Source of the DNA: a virus
Taxonomy: Duplodnaviria > Caudoviricetes
Strand: one strand, 5' to 3'
Virus record (IMG/VR): IMGVR_UViG_3300037515_000879
Location: 18,258 to 82,257 of that record
Length of the DNA: 64,000 bases
Positions 45,801 through 53,589 of this stretch are shown here, in pieces. Position 1 is the first letter of the stretch. Every line of letters begins with the position of its first letter. The translations under genes and the position numbers were made by a program. The notes below the pieces were generated by a model. It was not told the DNA's origin. It searched no databases and saw only the letters and a program-made list of their open reading frames with translations.

Positions 45801-48358
45801 GCTTGATCCAGTTCGCTCATTGCCTTCTTGGATGGCTTCTTGTTCGTTTTATTGGAAATAACGTCATAGCCGTCATCTGTGCGCTTAATGGAGACGTTAT
45901 GGGTCCTTTCCAGTTCTTTTATATCGTTGTCGCTTAAATTGTCAATGATGCTCGGTTTTTTGTTTTTCTTTTTTTCTGTGCCAAGTGTCAATTTAACAAT
46001 ACGATCGAGAATATCATCTTTATTGGCTTCTTGAATAGATGTTTCTCTTTCAGACAATCCTTCTTTATTGTTCACTCTTTTTGCGATGTCATCTAAAATG
46101 TCATCCGGTACAAATCCGCTTTTTTCAAATTCAGAATATATTTCATCATCGATTGATTCAAGATTGCCTTTTGGCTTTTCTTCTTTTTCAATTTCCGATT
46201 CTTCCGATTGCTTTTTGGTTTCATCGGTATTTTCAGAAATATCTTCTTCAGATTCAGGCTCTTCTTCTGTTTTTTCTTTTGATTTGAAAACATTGGAAAC
46301 TTTATCTTTTAAACCTTCAAATAAACTAAGACCTTTATCAACAATTTTATTATAGGCATCTTTTCCAGACTGTTTAAGATTTCCATATTTAAGCTCAATC
46401 ATTGATGGCGCGTTTTCTTCTCCTTCTTTTGTAAGTGAAAAATAATCTTCTGTGGAAAGTCCACCAATCAACATATTGTTTCCATATTCATCTTTTACAA
46501 TGTCAATGGTCAATGGAGAGGCTTTTTCTCCGATGATAAGATTTGCCTGATTTTGTTTTGCTTCGGCCAATAACAATGAAGCACCTTTGAGCCTTGAAGC
46601 AAAAATGTTTTCTATTTTTGAAATTTGTTTTTCTTTTTGCGCTTCGGTAAGCATGTCATTACTTTTGATTTCCTTGATATTGTCTTCTGCTATTTGTCTA
46701 AATTCTTCAATTTGACTTTCTGCATAGGTTTGTTTGGCATTGTTCATCAAAAGCGATTGCAATCCTTTTATATTGAGTTTTTCTCCTTTGGCCTTTACTT
46801 CTCTAAAATTTTTGATCATTTCAGCATATATAGGAACTTGTTCTTCAGTGATGTTTCCGCGTTCAACAAGACCGTCCATAAAATCTGAAAAGGCTTCCTC
46901 TTTATTGTCAATGACAATATCAGCAATGGTTTTTTGAATATGGTATTTTTGCCATTCCAGTTCTTCTTTTGAACCATGTCCATTGATTATTTCTGTAAGA
47001 TTGGCTGTTCTGTCATATAGTCTATAATTATCATTTGCTTTTTTATTGAAAAGGCTTTTGATATTGAAAGTTCCACCGGCAAGTGCGCCCATAGCAGCAG
47101 AAATAACTTTGGTTGCTTGGTTTTCTTTTGAATTGAAAAACTCAAAAAAATCATTGTGGTATGGCATTTCTTCTCCTGTAATTTCTGCATATGCTCTTTT
47201 TTTGGACCATTCCTCAAAACTTTCCTGATACATTTCTTCAATGCCTTCAGGAATTGCTTTTCCAGCAACTCTTCCGAGCCCTTTTATAATTGGAGAAACT
47301 TCAAATGAAAATGCCTTTCCTATATTTTTTAGTGATTGTCCATTTGAAAGCAATTTTCCGCCTTTTGATATAGGGTTTAAACTTTTTAATAATTGGCCAC
47401 CTTTACCAAACGTAAATCCCCAAGAAGCCATATCTATAGCTAACCATTCTGCATTGTTTTTAACAGTGCTTGATGCTAATTGTGCCAATTCTTCTTCATT
47501 AAAAACAAGATTGCCGTAATCATCTTTTAAATCCTTATTTTGATTGACAAGTTCGGCTGCATTTTGCATACCAGAAAATATGTTTCCTGTAAGACCACCA
47601 CCAATTGTATTGAAAATAGCTTTACCCGTAGCTGTCAATCCAATATCTGTTGCCAATTTTCCAGCCAAACCACTTCCTGTTCCAACAATGGATTCTCCAA
47701 GTGCTGTTTTTGTAGCTCCAGGTAAATGTTTCATTAAACGCCCACCAAGTTTTGTGGCTGCCCCGGCACCAGCTTTTGCCAAGAAAAGATATTGTACCAC
47801 ATTAGGAACAAGTTCGGCTATTTTTACACTCCAAAACTTTGGATTCATCATTGTTGACCAATTGATTTCTTCTTCTTTTAATTCCTCTGGAATATAGGTT
47901 TTGAATTTTTCAGCAAAATCAGTTCCCGCATTTTGTAGTGCTTCAGAAACAAAAGTTCCTTTTATCAATCGTTCATCCAAAAGACCACCTATGACCTGTA
48001 ATAAATCTCCAGAACCTTTTATGACATCATTTCCAACGCCCCTCATAAGACTGTTTCCAACTTCATCCAAAAAATCCTTATCGGAATATTCCGGACTCAT
48101 TGTTGTTGGATCATCAAAACGTTCTCGTGTTGTTTGGGTTGATAGCGCTCCGGTAAACTGATTGGCCAAAGCAGTATTTTTTTGCCTTTGGTTTTGTTCT
48201 TCATCTATTGATGTAGTTCCATCGATACCTAATTCCTGTTCAAGACCTTTTTCTTTACCATATTCATATAGGCTTTCTTCTTGTTCTGGAATTTGTTCTT
48301 GCTCTTTTTGTTTTGATTTTTCTTTTTGCTGATAGTACAGCTCTACTAGATCTGGCAT
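36890..48358 (-). CDS. Giant virion-packaged two-barrel RNA polymerase (~3822 aa) with a zincin-like HExxH domain
   Basis: SRVPGHGPSS...NEIIGSDNDGDALF (DxDGD at 41363-41377), HEMSH at 45212-45226, cargo-gene context. Start set at MPDL, downstream of a promoter (48382) and a terminator (48391-48416). Confidence 0.85.
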   Translation of the reverse strand: MPDLVELYYQQKEKSKQKEQEQIPEQEESLYEYGKEKGLEQELGIDGTTSIDEEQNQRQKNTALANQFTGALSTQTTRERFDDPTTMSPEYSDKDFLDEVGNSLMRGVGNDVIKGSGDLLQVIGGLLDERLIKGTFVSEALQNAGTDFAEKFKTYIPEELKEEEINWSTMMNPKFWSVKIAELVPNVVQYLFLAKAGAGAATKLGGRLMKHLPGATKTALGESIVGTGSGLAGKLATDIGLTATGKAIFNTIGGGLTGNIFSGMQNAAELVNQNKDLKDDYGNLVFNEEELAQLASSTVKNNAEWLAIDMASWGFTFGKGGQLLKSLNPISKGGKLLSNGQSLKNIGKAFSFEVSPIIKGLGRVAGKAIPEGIEEMYQESFEEWSKKRAYAEITGEEMPYHNDFFEFFNSKENQATKVISAAMGALAGGTFNIKSLFNKKANDNYRLYDRTANLTEIINGHGSKEELEWQKYHIQKTIADIVIDNKEEAFSDFMDGLVERGNITEEQVPIYAEMIKNFREVKAKGEKLNIKGLQSLLMNNAKQTYAESQIEEFRQIAEDNIKEIKSNDMLTEAQKEKQISKIENIFASRLKGASLLLAEAKQNQANLIIGEKASPLTIDIVKDEYGNNMLIGGLSTEDYFSLTKEGEENAPSMIELKYGNLKQSGKDAYNKIVDKGLSLFEGLKDKVSNVFKSKEKTEEEPESEEDISENTDETKKQSEESEIEKEEKPKGNLESIDDEIYSEFEKSGFVPDDILDDIAKRVNNKEGLSERETSIQEANKDDILDRIVKLTLGTEKKKNKKPSIIDNLSDNDIKELERTHNVSIKRTDDGYDVISNKTNKKPSKKAMSELDQAIESIAVENVAPKEDKNLSKEESEFIKEEATKTKKGKTIEEGEKEKNEEAAKKFNAKPEHFEDTEKKAGFDKRQKGINISKINILSYKKAQDFIKKLNKSKTIKDRETISPNELDNYLNSSSLQNIYGPNNIHKMAVINHQLKRMFPNMNDPIQVIIVKNLYEAMGSQGLGHTLLGTIYIDEKAWEQENIFMHEMSHVFYQLTQNEPGTQNALNEALKNKELVDKISKLYDDYTLYELKVPNGSIPVTKSQLLNYFAQEGADLNQLEGFLEKMISEGDVKKMPFAQQKYILEEIFVEYLEKPLTSTTDSLFNARKEIIRQKEVKKWWGLLRQKGAIIEEGNGSEKILKQLHGEENVPQGDLRSFVLDQFKKATKNVNMSGFGMDARTEELDDQYRQEVEKIHIKRLQQIDNPVPESFNSEIEEIDRLDAVDDALENDGQMFFDKDFDSKVKTTSRVLRRFGIVYNKTLRTKNLIETKDSVTNRAKFKLFDRELFESEIYGLAKENNTPDEFIFQIENSAYEEIQAFNRYLDKMFPNNKYQLLGSMHYVLSNAKHIVGFRNTINNNGKHEFVNSLSNKDRTLVENVLSRMKYAFTNRNAGTEWKNFEAAVNRIYNSTAPESKDIMRVVQMLAPRNLKLHKLQQDGYITYKGINIPIETLIKGFINKQLLFNKTKKGDIAFNRNEDGSLDKNSIQVFYANARPLIEALVNTNRKYSPFSSVKNAEQNMEPVRITNNHLTQEIDNIISFLHGNENGKPTLEQFLDRFSHISYPNKKELGKSFVPNQFLVNIYEQFQDGILPTISQYHGLEDIDNQKGSLYKNSTALEQNIEDMLTFLQTSKGAKGNKLNSYLGNIGTFADSPRKFFMNMKRIDFNDVFVYKNGNIQFNPNGEVINSIFNIHNNSFADETSNNKRKFRDAFRDAMNNQILFVRQNAKELMQIELTKTLFDNKGKLTKEGVETIAEYTINNIVNGYNIIDTFAPGIEGKNIAKRFKMNSSPVMSVKNPNLKIEPIFFQDEIINGSKAGTDSGMFILEKHAKMFQRLGMGLFDMNGGFKFLNASVEKDNPKFKGKTAYLKGYTTIVGKTHPLYKILNARSEKYEKWHQDQFGTNLSEDLTDGTFNHIPIAIPQSSDKSNLIPDGFNEHNFSHEALNENIDEAMTYYDNLYYDKKGNFLGLNAYNFGPQQLMDKKNERVNTPVQMINSVIVNASINGKVELANQIQSLIAEQKKINLQKTLDQIKEGSIEDYEKIIKEGLNYEDMNQAQRIMLQDNGSLAHPYINEIVVNQLAKTIRRAGNKLVTPGTYAHQKPDLGWRTQAKGNSALKGYTKNSDGSLTAAEIILPKHMEDKSNARTLLTMNTLAGQAAMKNAKAGMAKSQKSKSGEDFILDLHLDLKKAALDLAQKRHNVNRKDAEKFIGKEYDKNNVHIGYHVKGDSVIISRVPGHGPSSTGVFEVLGFDQGQGNQTMVSGEFNEIIGSDNDGDALFIQTKANTNIKIYKDYGKWNQAFDLIANYWLSPEMADQVTTKMLFEKETEKIIENVNKVFPSNKDYTIPFSPKARMIDYNNTMVSKRSIGPVFNIHKIANILAATNVKITKPIKIDGVVYDTFNDDKKGNASRNMQSAILANIILDNAKHLFADNLGLNEYNISQAALMINMGIPLEQVGLILNSPAAKLWSELNRNNSSLYHQSKTKSKIKEEIYNRLKIKENKIKSLKISLSNIHIIGPNQSSVVELLDYLSDMNSEIQKISTIMGGHNKIHVNPLVLEKQINDFDNVIKNDSENKTLELTSEFRSNPDMQHYIYVARQTLKGQIDLNTVYTDATKKVLKSLTDKIGNDLSATQIEAISKDILKFKTSRLLNLNNKPIEYVENLMSTDPNNKESIFNKMNVYLDYLRTQINEDSKDVKQHWTMLNNSVLFQQALDLNLDGPIQQKKYISANTSFVNDSFNEIERERAQEEFMELPEELRNDLILYDLIKNGWKGPFSLAPFFGKETNWLINHYSTVSVQDKHTALSPSVENELERIIALRASKQQNNPFHKVYLEKELNFNNKSGVIDRILKNENLYDKISKGQPVYINVIKGKDRRLYEMKNFTPEEIAQVTSERTLKQKEERVIMIAKTKIEEIPNNLIENGDINLSTIQDKNLGTPWSVYDEGKNKEYLDYLVEASINYDEIMAKIRRNAEEKEIGLDAREDFYIDKFTSIIPLNQSEYEKAMEFKPYVSPAIRLNMYQQYTAEKQKANNLIDKGVLKNLENKTSEQLLKMYKTFGERDVYAYSGIITPIVKQLVRHLSSRQSELFRKNGVVAKENVEDINVIKAYMMSGSTIPSNHPASQGMARLMEIEYKKFINENKKYIQDMNKITDALYKEKLGYGATTTFKNVLSRIKDSLFSNRQEIYDRLYGNLVIREEGLDDQGRLITNFRLRPIDEIEKAFNNGFLSKAEKDFYDYFRKTTEELKPDDIKKEEKDYIPHTSMTKLEVFSNRGLLGLMVNSRHPDQAVYDIKMKFNGELVNFKQIEDFYKYQSARGFKNDLQKIKEYRNYRNKAKTLLKEGKNEDGSKILLDAPFVETALGFGAINRFANNRSIKARELPSMDLNKALGDYIHSSLFVNGNKNFQGMQKLQGYIDGVLAWNEENNLPQMNIHIKTVWKDYFSKGKRQTSFLGETTDRVVLGLTRLNLFYALGYSANVKTGGLYVVGNILAGKYHNVKDLGGKKWIQGELRYWGFDKGFKGGVQGVIDRHKRMQKILRNLNFMEINVYDEVNIEKKHGLDSIFADLALMPMKKSEEWIQRVHMLGLLSEEELDRFDDHGNYKTGEMQIANEKLVELEDRVKSSHGRGYQPTDQRAIQLYSWGTAMLQFSRFIPTMVHDRFAKEDVNIYGKETIGTLTAVGKMLRYVMNNPNDFINYRKNLSEEQRQRLDSGLKGVGMASILALMMENNTANDLFWDTNYYWNYPKLTSKMVPAALQTTKNLINGFY

Positions 48359-48422
48359 GGTAAAATAATTTAGAGTACAAACAAAGATAAAAAAAAGCAA
48401 CCATTATAGTTGCTTTCCTGTT

Positions 48423-50483
48423 TTATTGGTTTCTCCTAATGAGTTCGTTCATTTGGGCCCATTTAACGGCAATCTCTTGGTTTCGTTGTTTAGTGAGTGC
48501 TGATTCAGCAGATTCATTGATATTGGTCAGCCAACCCTGTATGATTTGAAGATCGTTAACTTTGTAATCTTTTAATTGATCTTCAACATTTCCATGAATG
48601 GCCGCTTTTGTAAAAAAGTTACTGTCAACAAGATCTGTCAATGATTCTTTATCATATTGGGCAGGAACACCTTCTTGTTCCGTTCTTGCAACATGATCAA
48701 ATGCCATATAAAATGATTTCATTAAAGGATATCTGTTTTGTTGACCACCACTATATGCTCCCCAATATTTTGAACCTTCTTGTTCAAAGATTGGATCCTG
48801 AAAAACATCTTCATCTGCACGGTTGACCGTACCTTGCATTTTTACGAGCTCTTCTCTTTGAAGTTGATCAATGGAAGCTGCGGCCATAAATTTTTCGTTT
48901 TCTTCAAGGGTTTGTCCAGCAATATCATTATCATCACCCATGGAAACATCAAGAGCACGTTTAATGTCTGTCATGTCAATAGGAATTTCCATATAATAAA
49001 GGTCGTCCGTATTTGGATTTCTCAAAGCGATAAGTGTAGTGAACTGAAGTTCATCACCACCGCCTTGACCCTTATAGGCATCATGGATATTTTTTGTGGT
49101 TTTTGAATCAATTGTTTTTCCGTCATCATCATAAGCATTCATTATTAAATTTTCATTTCCATCTGAATCTTTTCCTTTCCAACCGGTAACAATGCCTTCA
49201 ATTTTGTAATCTCCTTTAACGGTTTTATTATCTTCTTCCAATTGATTATCTGAACTTAATTTAACGCCATCCATGCGATAGGTTGAATATTGGCCGGAAG
49301 AAGAAGGTGCAAAGTTTAATACTTTACCATCTTTGATTTCATATCCCATACCGGCTTCATTTTTGTTGCCAAGGATTCTATGGCTAATGGTTCCGACAGA
49401 AGCTGGAAGTATTTGATATGAATTTTTAAGTCCATACATTTCATTAAACATTCTTTCAATTGGAGTGGCTTGGTCTGAAAATTGGAAATCAGTTCTATCA
49501 AGACCTTTTTCCGGAAGATGACGTTTTCTTGAAACTAACCCTGATTTATTGTGCAATAATTTGTTGGCCATTGGATTTTGTCCGCCTTTAAGATATTCAA
49601 TAAAGTCTTTGCCTTTTTCTTGTTCAATTTTTTCAATGTTTTCAAGAGTGATTCCTTGTGGAATAGCACTATCAAGTTCTTGTTTGAACAATGTATAATT
49701 GCCTAATATTGTATTTGGTGTTTTTGTTGGTTTGTTTTTATTGGCTCTGGATATAGCTATTGATTTTTGGGCTTCCAGTCTCATTTGAGTTTCGTTGCTT
49801 CCCTGTCCACCATAACCCATTTCTTTCATAAAAGCGACAACATTGGCATAATTAAATTCTTTGTCAGGATGTACAATTTCAAAATTTTGTCTTATACGAA
49901 TCATATTGGAATCATAGGACATAATTTTTTCATATGGTATATCAGTTCCATAATCAAAATTTTGTGATGGTGGTATTTTGATTTCTGCCAACATTCCAGA
50001 AAATGTAATTGTTCCACCGTCTTCACTATTATGATAATCTTCAAGAGATTGTAAATCTTTTGGAGATATCAAATGTCCAAGACCTTTCATTTGGGCTTCA
50101 TATATTCTAGCTAGGTTTTTTTGGTTCTCCTGATATCTAACAGCTTCAGGAGAGCGCATGACACCGTTTGAAATGTTGTTTATAACAGAAAGGCCACCTT
50201 GTTCCATAAACGTTTGTCGTGAACCACCTGAAAGCATCAAATGTTCTGCAATTTGGTTTTGTGCCATACGAAAACGTGCATTGATTTTATTTCTGTCCTT
50301 TTCCAGTAATTGATCGGACATTTGATAGGCTTTTTCATATAACAACTGTTCTTGTTGTTGGGCAATAACCTCTGCTTGTCTATCTTTTTCAATACGAGCA
50401 TCCATTCTTTCAAGAACGGAAAGATCTCTAACGGCACTTTCGGTCGTTTTTATATTATTTTGTAATCCAATTAATCCTTCCAT
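48423..50483 (-). CDS. Probable internal virion/ejection protein (686 aa)
   Basis: Next to the vRNAP; Gln/Glu helical N-terminus. Confidence 0.6.
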   Translation of the reverse strand: MEGLIGLQNNIKTTESAVRDLSVLERMDARIEKDRQAEVIAQQQEQLLYEKAYQMSDQLLEKDRNKINARFRMAQNQIAEHLMLSGGSRQTFMEQGGLSVINNISNGVMRSPEAVRYQENQKNLARIYEAQMKGLGHLISPKDLQSLEDYHNSEDGGTITFSGMLAEIKIPPSQNFDYGTDIPYEKIMSYDSNMIRIRQNFEIVHPDKEFNYANVVAFMKEMGYGGQGSNETQMRLEAQKSIAISRANKNKPTKTPNTILGNYTLFKQELDSAIPQGITLENIEKIEQEKGKDFIEYLKGGQNPMANKLLHNKSGLVSRKRHLPEKGLDRTDFQFSDQATPIERMFNEMYGLKNSYQILPASVGTISHRILGNKNEAGMGYEIKDGKVLNFAPSSSGQYSTYRMDGVKLSSDNQLEEDNKTVKGDYKIEGIVTGWKGKDSDGNENLIMNAYDDDGKTIDSKTTKNIHDAYKGQGGGDELQFTTLIALRNPNTDDLYYMEIPIDMTDIKRALDVSMGDDNDIAGQTLEENEKFMAAASIDQLQREELVKMQGTVNRADEDVFQDPIFEQEGSKYWGAYSGGQQNRYPLMKSFYMAFDHVARTEQEGVPAQYDKESLTDLVDSNFFTKAAIHGNVEDQLKDYKVNDLQIIQGWLTNINESAESALTKQRNQEIAVKWAQMNELIRRNQ

Positions 50484-50489
50484 TGTTTG

Positions 50490-52886
50490 TTAGTTTTGAA
50501 GATTTATCAAGCCAAGCCCTTGTTCTTCGGGATTGAATGGTGTGGTTGCCAATTCTGGAATTTTAAATTCTGAAGATTTTAACGAAGAAACAGGTTTTAC
50601 ATTGTCAATAATTGCCCTTCTGTTCTTTGTTAACTTTGAAAAATCATTGTCTTCCAATGCCAAATCCAAATTTTCCATTTTTAAACCTGAAGGATCAAGA
50701 TCCGGGTTTTGTGAAAGATAATCTATAAAACCACCAATTTTATCCTTATTCGTATTTTGGCCTACAAATTGACCAACTGCTGTTTTTTGGTTTGGATTTA
50801 ATTTTCCATATTTATCATAAACCTCTAAGGTTTTATTAAAGTCAGACTGTATCAAACCTTTTTGGGTTTCATAATAACTTTTTGTTCCAGGAGTGGTTCC
50901 TTTGCCATCATCTGGCATTTTGGGATCAAACCCAAACATTTTTTGCATCAATAAACTTCTATATTGATCATTTACGCTTCCTGGTCCATTTTCACGTTCA
51001 TATTTTAAGGCTTCTATTAGTTTAGAGAATCCAGCTTCTGACAATCTCTCTCCTTTCATTTTTTCTCTCATTGCATCAGTATATTTGATACCATGATTTG
51101 CAATATCTCTTCTTGCATCAAATTCATTGATATATTGAAGCGCTTGACCGTATTGGGTAAAAGCCCTGTCCTTAGCTTCATAATCGGCAACCTGAATACC
51201 AATAAGACCTTTGTTTTTGGCCTGTTCCAATCCACCAAGGTTTCCAAGAACGGTGGCCCTGTTTCCTGATGAAGCATTTACTATATTGGCAAGACCACCT
51301 TGATAGGCATCTGCAAGCTGTCCTTTCATTGCAGCTTCAACCTCAACAGGAAGCCCTTCCTTGCTTTTGGCGGCAAGATCGGCGGTATAGTTTTTAAGGG
51401 CATCGGAAACCTCTTCGGTACGCAAAGGTATTTTTGCTTTTTTTGCATCGCTATTTCCTATAAGCCCAAGAGCCATTCCCATAATGGCATCAACTGGAAG
51501 CTCTTTTTTTCCGGGCTGATAATTAAAATTATCTTGCTTCATGGAACCAAGAGCCAATTCGTTTTTAAAAAAATCTTCTGCAAGATTTGTTTCTGGATCT
51601 TTTTTGGTTTCAATATCTTCAGCTTTTGTTTTTGATTCTTTTTTTGGCTCTTCAGTTTTTGTTTCCTCTTCAGTTTTCCAAGTTTCAGATCGTGTTTTCT
51701 TTTTAAAATTTTTTTTATCGATCAACGGAATCTCTTGTTCCCATGTTCCACCAAACCCACCTTTTACAATTGATGTTTTTTTATTTGGTACAGCTCCGCT
51801 TTCAAGAAAATCTGGAACAAGTTTGGAAACAAAATTATATGCTGCATGTGATTTGCCATCATCTTCAGTGATATTGATTTGACTCTGTTGAGATAAACTG
51901 GCCAATTTTTGTGAAAATCGTTTTGATTCAAATTGAGGAATATATACATTTCCTTTTTGAACCTGTTTTCCACTTGATCCCCATTTTCCAGTACCGCCTC
52001 TGTTTCTATATGGGCTTTGTGTGTTCTTAATAGCCCCTTTAAAAAGATCTGGATAATCATTCATTGCTTTATCAATGTCGCCAATATTTTTTCCTTCGAT
52101 ATTAAAAGAAATGACATCTGCATTTTTAAAACGGTTTACAGTAGCTCCCTCAAGAACTTTTTGAAGATTGTCGCGTTTGTTTTTTTCTTCAAGAGTTTTG
52201 TTGTTTTGTTCTTTTATATGATCATTGATAATATCGGTTTGACCATTATCAACAACTCTTTGATAAAAATCACGTCGCAATTTTTCCTTAGATTCAGAAT
52301 TGATTTGCATATTATCAATCTTCTCATTTTCTTTTTTGAAATTATCAATAACCGATTGTTTTTCATCATCGTTAAAAAATTGGGAGCTTTCTATTGGTTG
52401 TAAAGAATAATCTTCCAAAGTTTTATTGAATACTTCAAGATATTTATTTCCTGAAACATTGGTTTTTGTTTTTTCTGGAAGAACACCTGTTTTTATTGTT
52501 TTTTTGGCAGTCAATGAATCTTGCCAATGAAACATGGCTCCGGCCTCTTCTAAAGAAAGCTTCAATGGATTTGGACCTTTTATGGATTTTTTTGCTTCAT
52601 TATACAAAAATTCTTTTGCATAATATTCAAAATAATCTTCTTGCAATTGTGGATTGTTCTTAAAATCTTCCATGGATTCCAATTTACCATAAAGACCATT
52701 GGCAAATTCCTTGATTCCTTTTATTGGTCCCTTTTTGCTGAACCATTCTTTTGTGAATTGATATTTTCCAGTAGCTGAAGAATTGGGGTTTTCAGCACTA
52801 TATCCACCATTTCCTTTTGATTCAATACCATATAGGCCCATTTTCAGGTTTAGAACAAATGCATCTTTGATTTTGTCTTCATCCAT
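50490..52886 (-). CDS. Ejection protein with N-terminal lysozyme/lytic transglycosylase-like domain (798 aa)
   Basis: IESKGNGGYSAENPNSSATGKYQF. Confidence 0.7.
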   Translation of the reverse strand: MDEDKIKDAFVLNLKMGLYGIESKGNGGYSAENPNSSATGKYQFTKEWFSKKGPIKGIKEFANGLYGKLESMEDFKNNPQLQEDYFEYYAKEFLYNEAKKSIKGPNPLKLSLEEAGAMFHWQDSLTAKKTIKTGVLPEKTKTNVSGNKYLEVFNKTLEDYSLQPIESSQFFNDDEKQSVIDNFKKENEKIDNMQINSESKEKLRRDFYQRVVDNGQTDIINDHIKEQNNKTLEEKNKRDNLQKVLEGATVNRFKNADVISFNIEGKNIGDIDKAMNDYPDLFKGAIKNTQSPYRNRGGTGKWGSSGKQVQKGNVYIPQFESKRFSQKLASLSQQSQINITEDDGKSHAAYNFVSKLVPDFLESGAVPNKKTSIVKGGFGGTWEQEIPLIDKKNFKKKTRSETWKTEEETKTEEPKKESKTKAEDIETKKDPETNLAEDFFKNELALGSMKQDNFNYQPGKKELPVDAIMGMALGLIGNSDAKKAKIPLRTEEVSDALKNYTADLAAKSKEGLPVEVEAAMKGQLADAYQGGLANIVNASSGNRATVLGNLGGLEQAKNKGLIGIQVADYEAKDRAFTQYGQALQYINEFDARRDIANHGIKYTDAMREKMKGERLSEAGFSKLIEALKYERENGPGSVNDQYRSLLMQKMFGFDPKMPDDGKGTTPGTKSYYETQKGLIQSDFNKTLEVYDKYGKLNPNQKTAVGQFVGQNTNKDKIGGFIDYLSQNPDLDPSGLKMENLDLALEDNDFSKLTKNRRAIIDNVKPVSSLKSSEFKIPELATTPFNPEEQGLGLINLQN

Positions 52887-52891
52887 GATTT

Positions 52892-53581
52892 CTAATTTAA
52901 AATTCCTAATTGTTTTTGTCTTAAATCCTTAAGGTTTTCCATTGAGGCAAGTCCTTTGGATATTGAATATTCTTCTTTCCTTTTTAAACGCTCCAAATCA
53001 AATTCATTAAGATTTTGTTCTCTTTGGTTTTCACGCCATTCTTTCATCGCTTTGGTATGCATAAAAGTAGATGCTAATCCACCAAATGCAGCACCACCAA
53101 TTTTACCTATTGTTCCACCAATAGGACCACCTAATACACTTCCTATTTTTTCTCCAGCATCAGATCCTTGAACAGCCCCTTGCAAAATAGCGCCACCAGC
53201 TTTTCCCGGGCCGCCACTGTCAGGAGAGGTGTCAAATTGGTTTCCTTTAAGGTTACTGGCCAATGCCATAACAGAAGGAGTTGCCTGAAGCAAATCCATT
53301 CCCTTTCCAGCGATTTCATTGAATTTTGATCCATTATCTGAATCCAGTCCTGTTTCTGATGGATCAAGACCAGAAACATCGCCAATTGAAGATTCTCCTG
53401 AAAGACTGACAAGACCTTTTGAGGAAATACCTTCATTTAGAGAATTTAACTTTGGTCTAGTAGCAAAATCTGATGCCATATTGGAAAATATGGATGGTTG
53501 TCTTTTTTGATCTTGTGTTTTAAATTTATTTGGATCACTATCTCCAAATCGTTTTAAAAAATCTTCCAATGCTGAATCCAT
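52892..53581 (-). CDS. Gly-zipper ejection/pilot-like protein (229 aa)
   Basis: GSVLGGPIGGTIGKIGGAAFGGLA. Confidence 0.6.
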   Translation of the reverse strand: MDSALEDFLKRFGDSDPNKFKTQDQKRQPSIFSNMASDFATRPKLNSLNEGISSKGLVSLSGESSIGDVSGLDPSETGLDSDNGSKFNEIAGKGMDLLQATPSVMALASNLKGNQFDTSPDSGGPGKAGGAILQGAVQGSDAGEKIGSVLGGPIGGTIGKIGGAAFGGLASTFMHTKAMKEWRENQREQNLNEFDLERLKRKEEYSISKGLASMENLKDLRQKQLGILN

Positions 53582-53589
53582 AATTAAAA

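Noticed and set aside
36890-48400. Tape-measure identity for the 3836-aa ORF, and the track's longer start (MLFFIF)
   Set aside because: It carries an RNAP catalytic motif in a podovirus-like context, and the extended start overlaps its own promoter and the upstream terminator.
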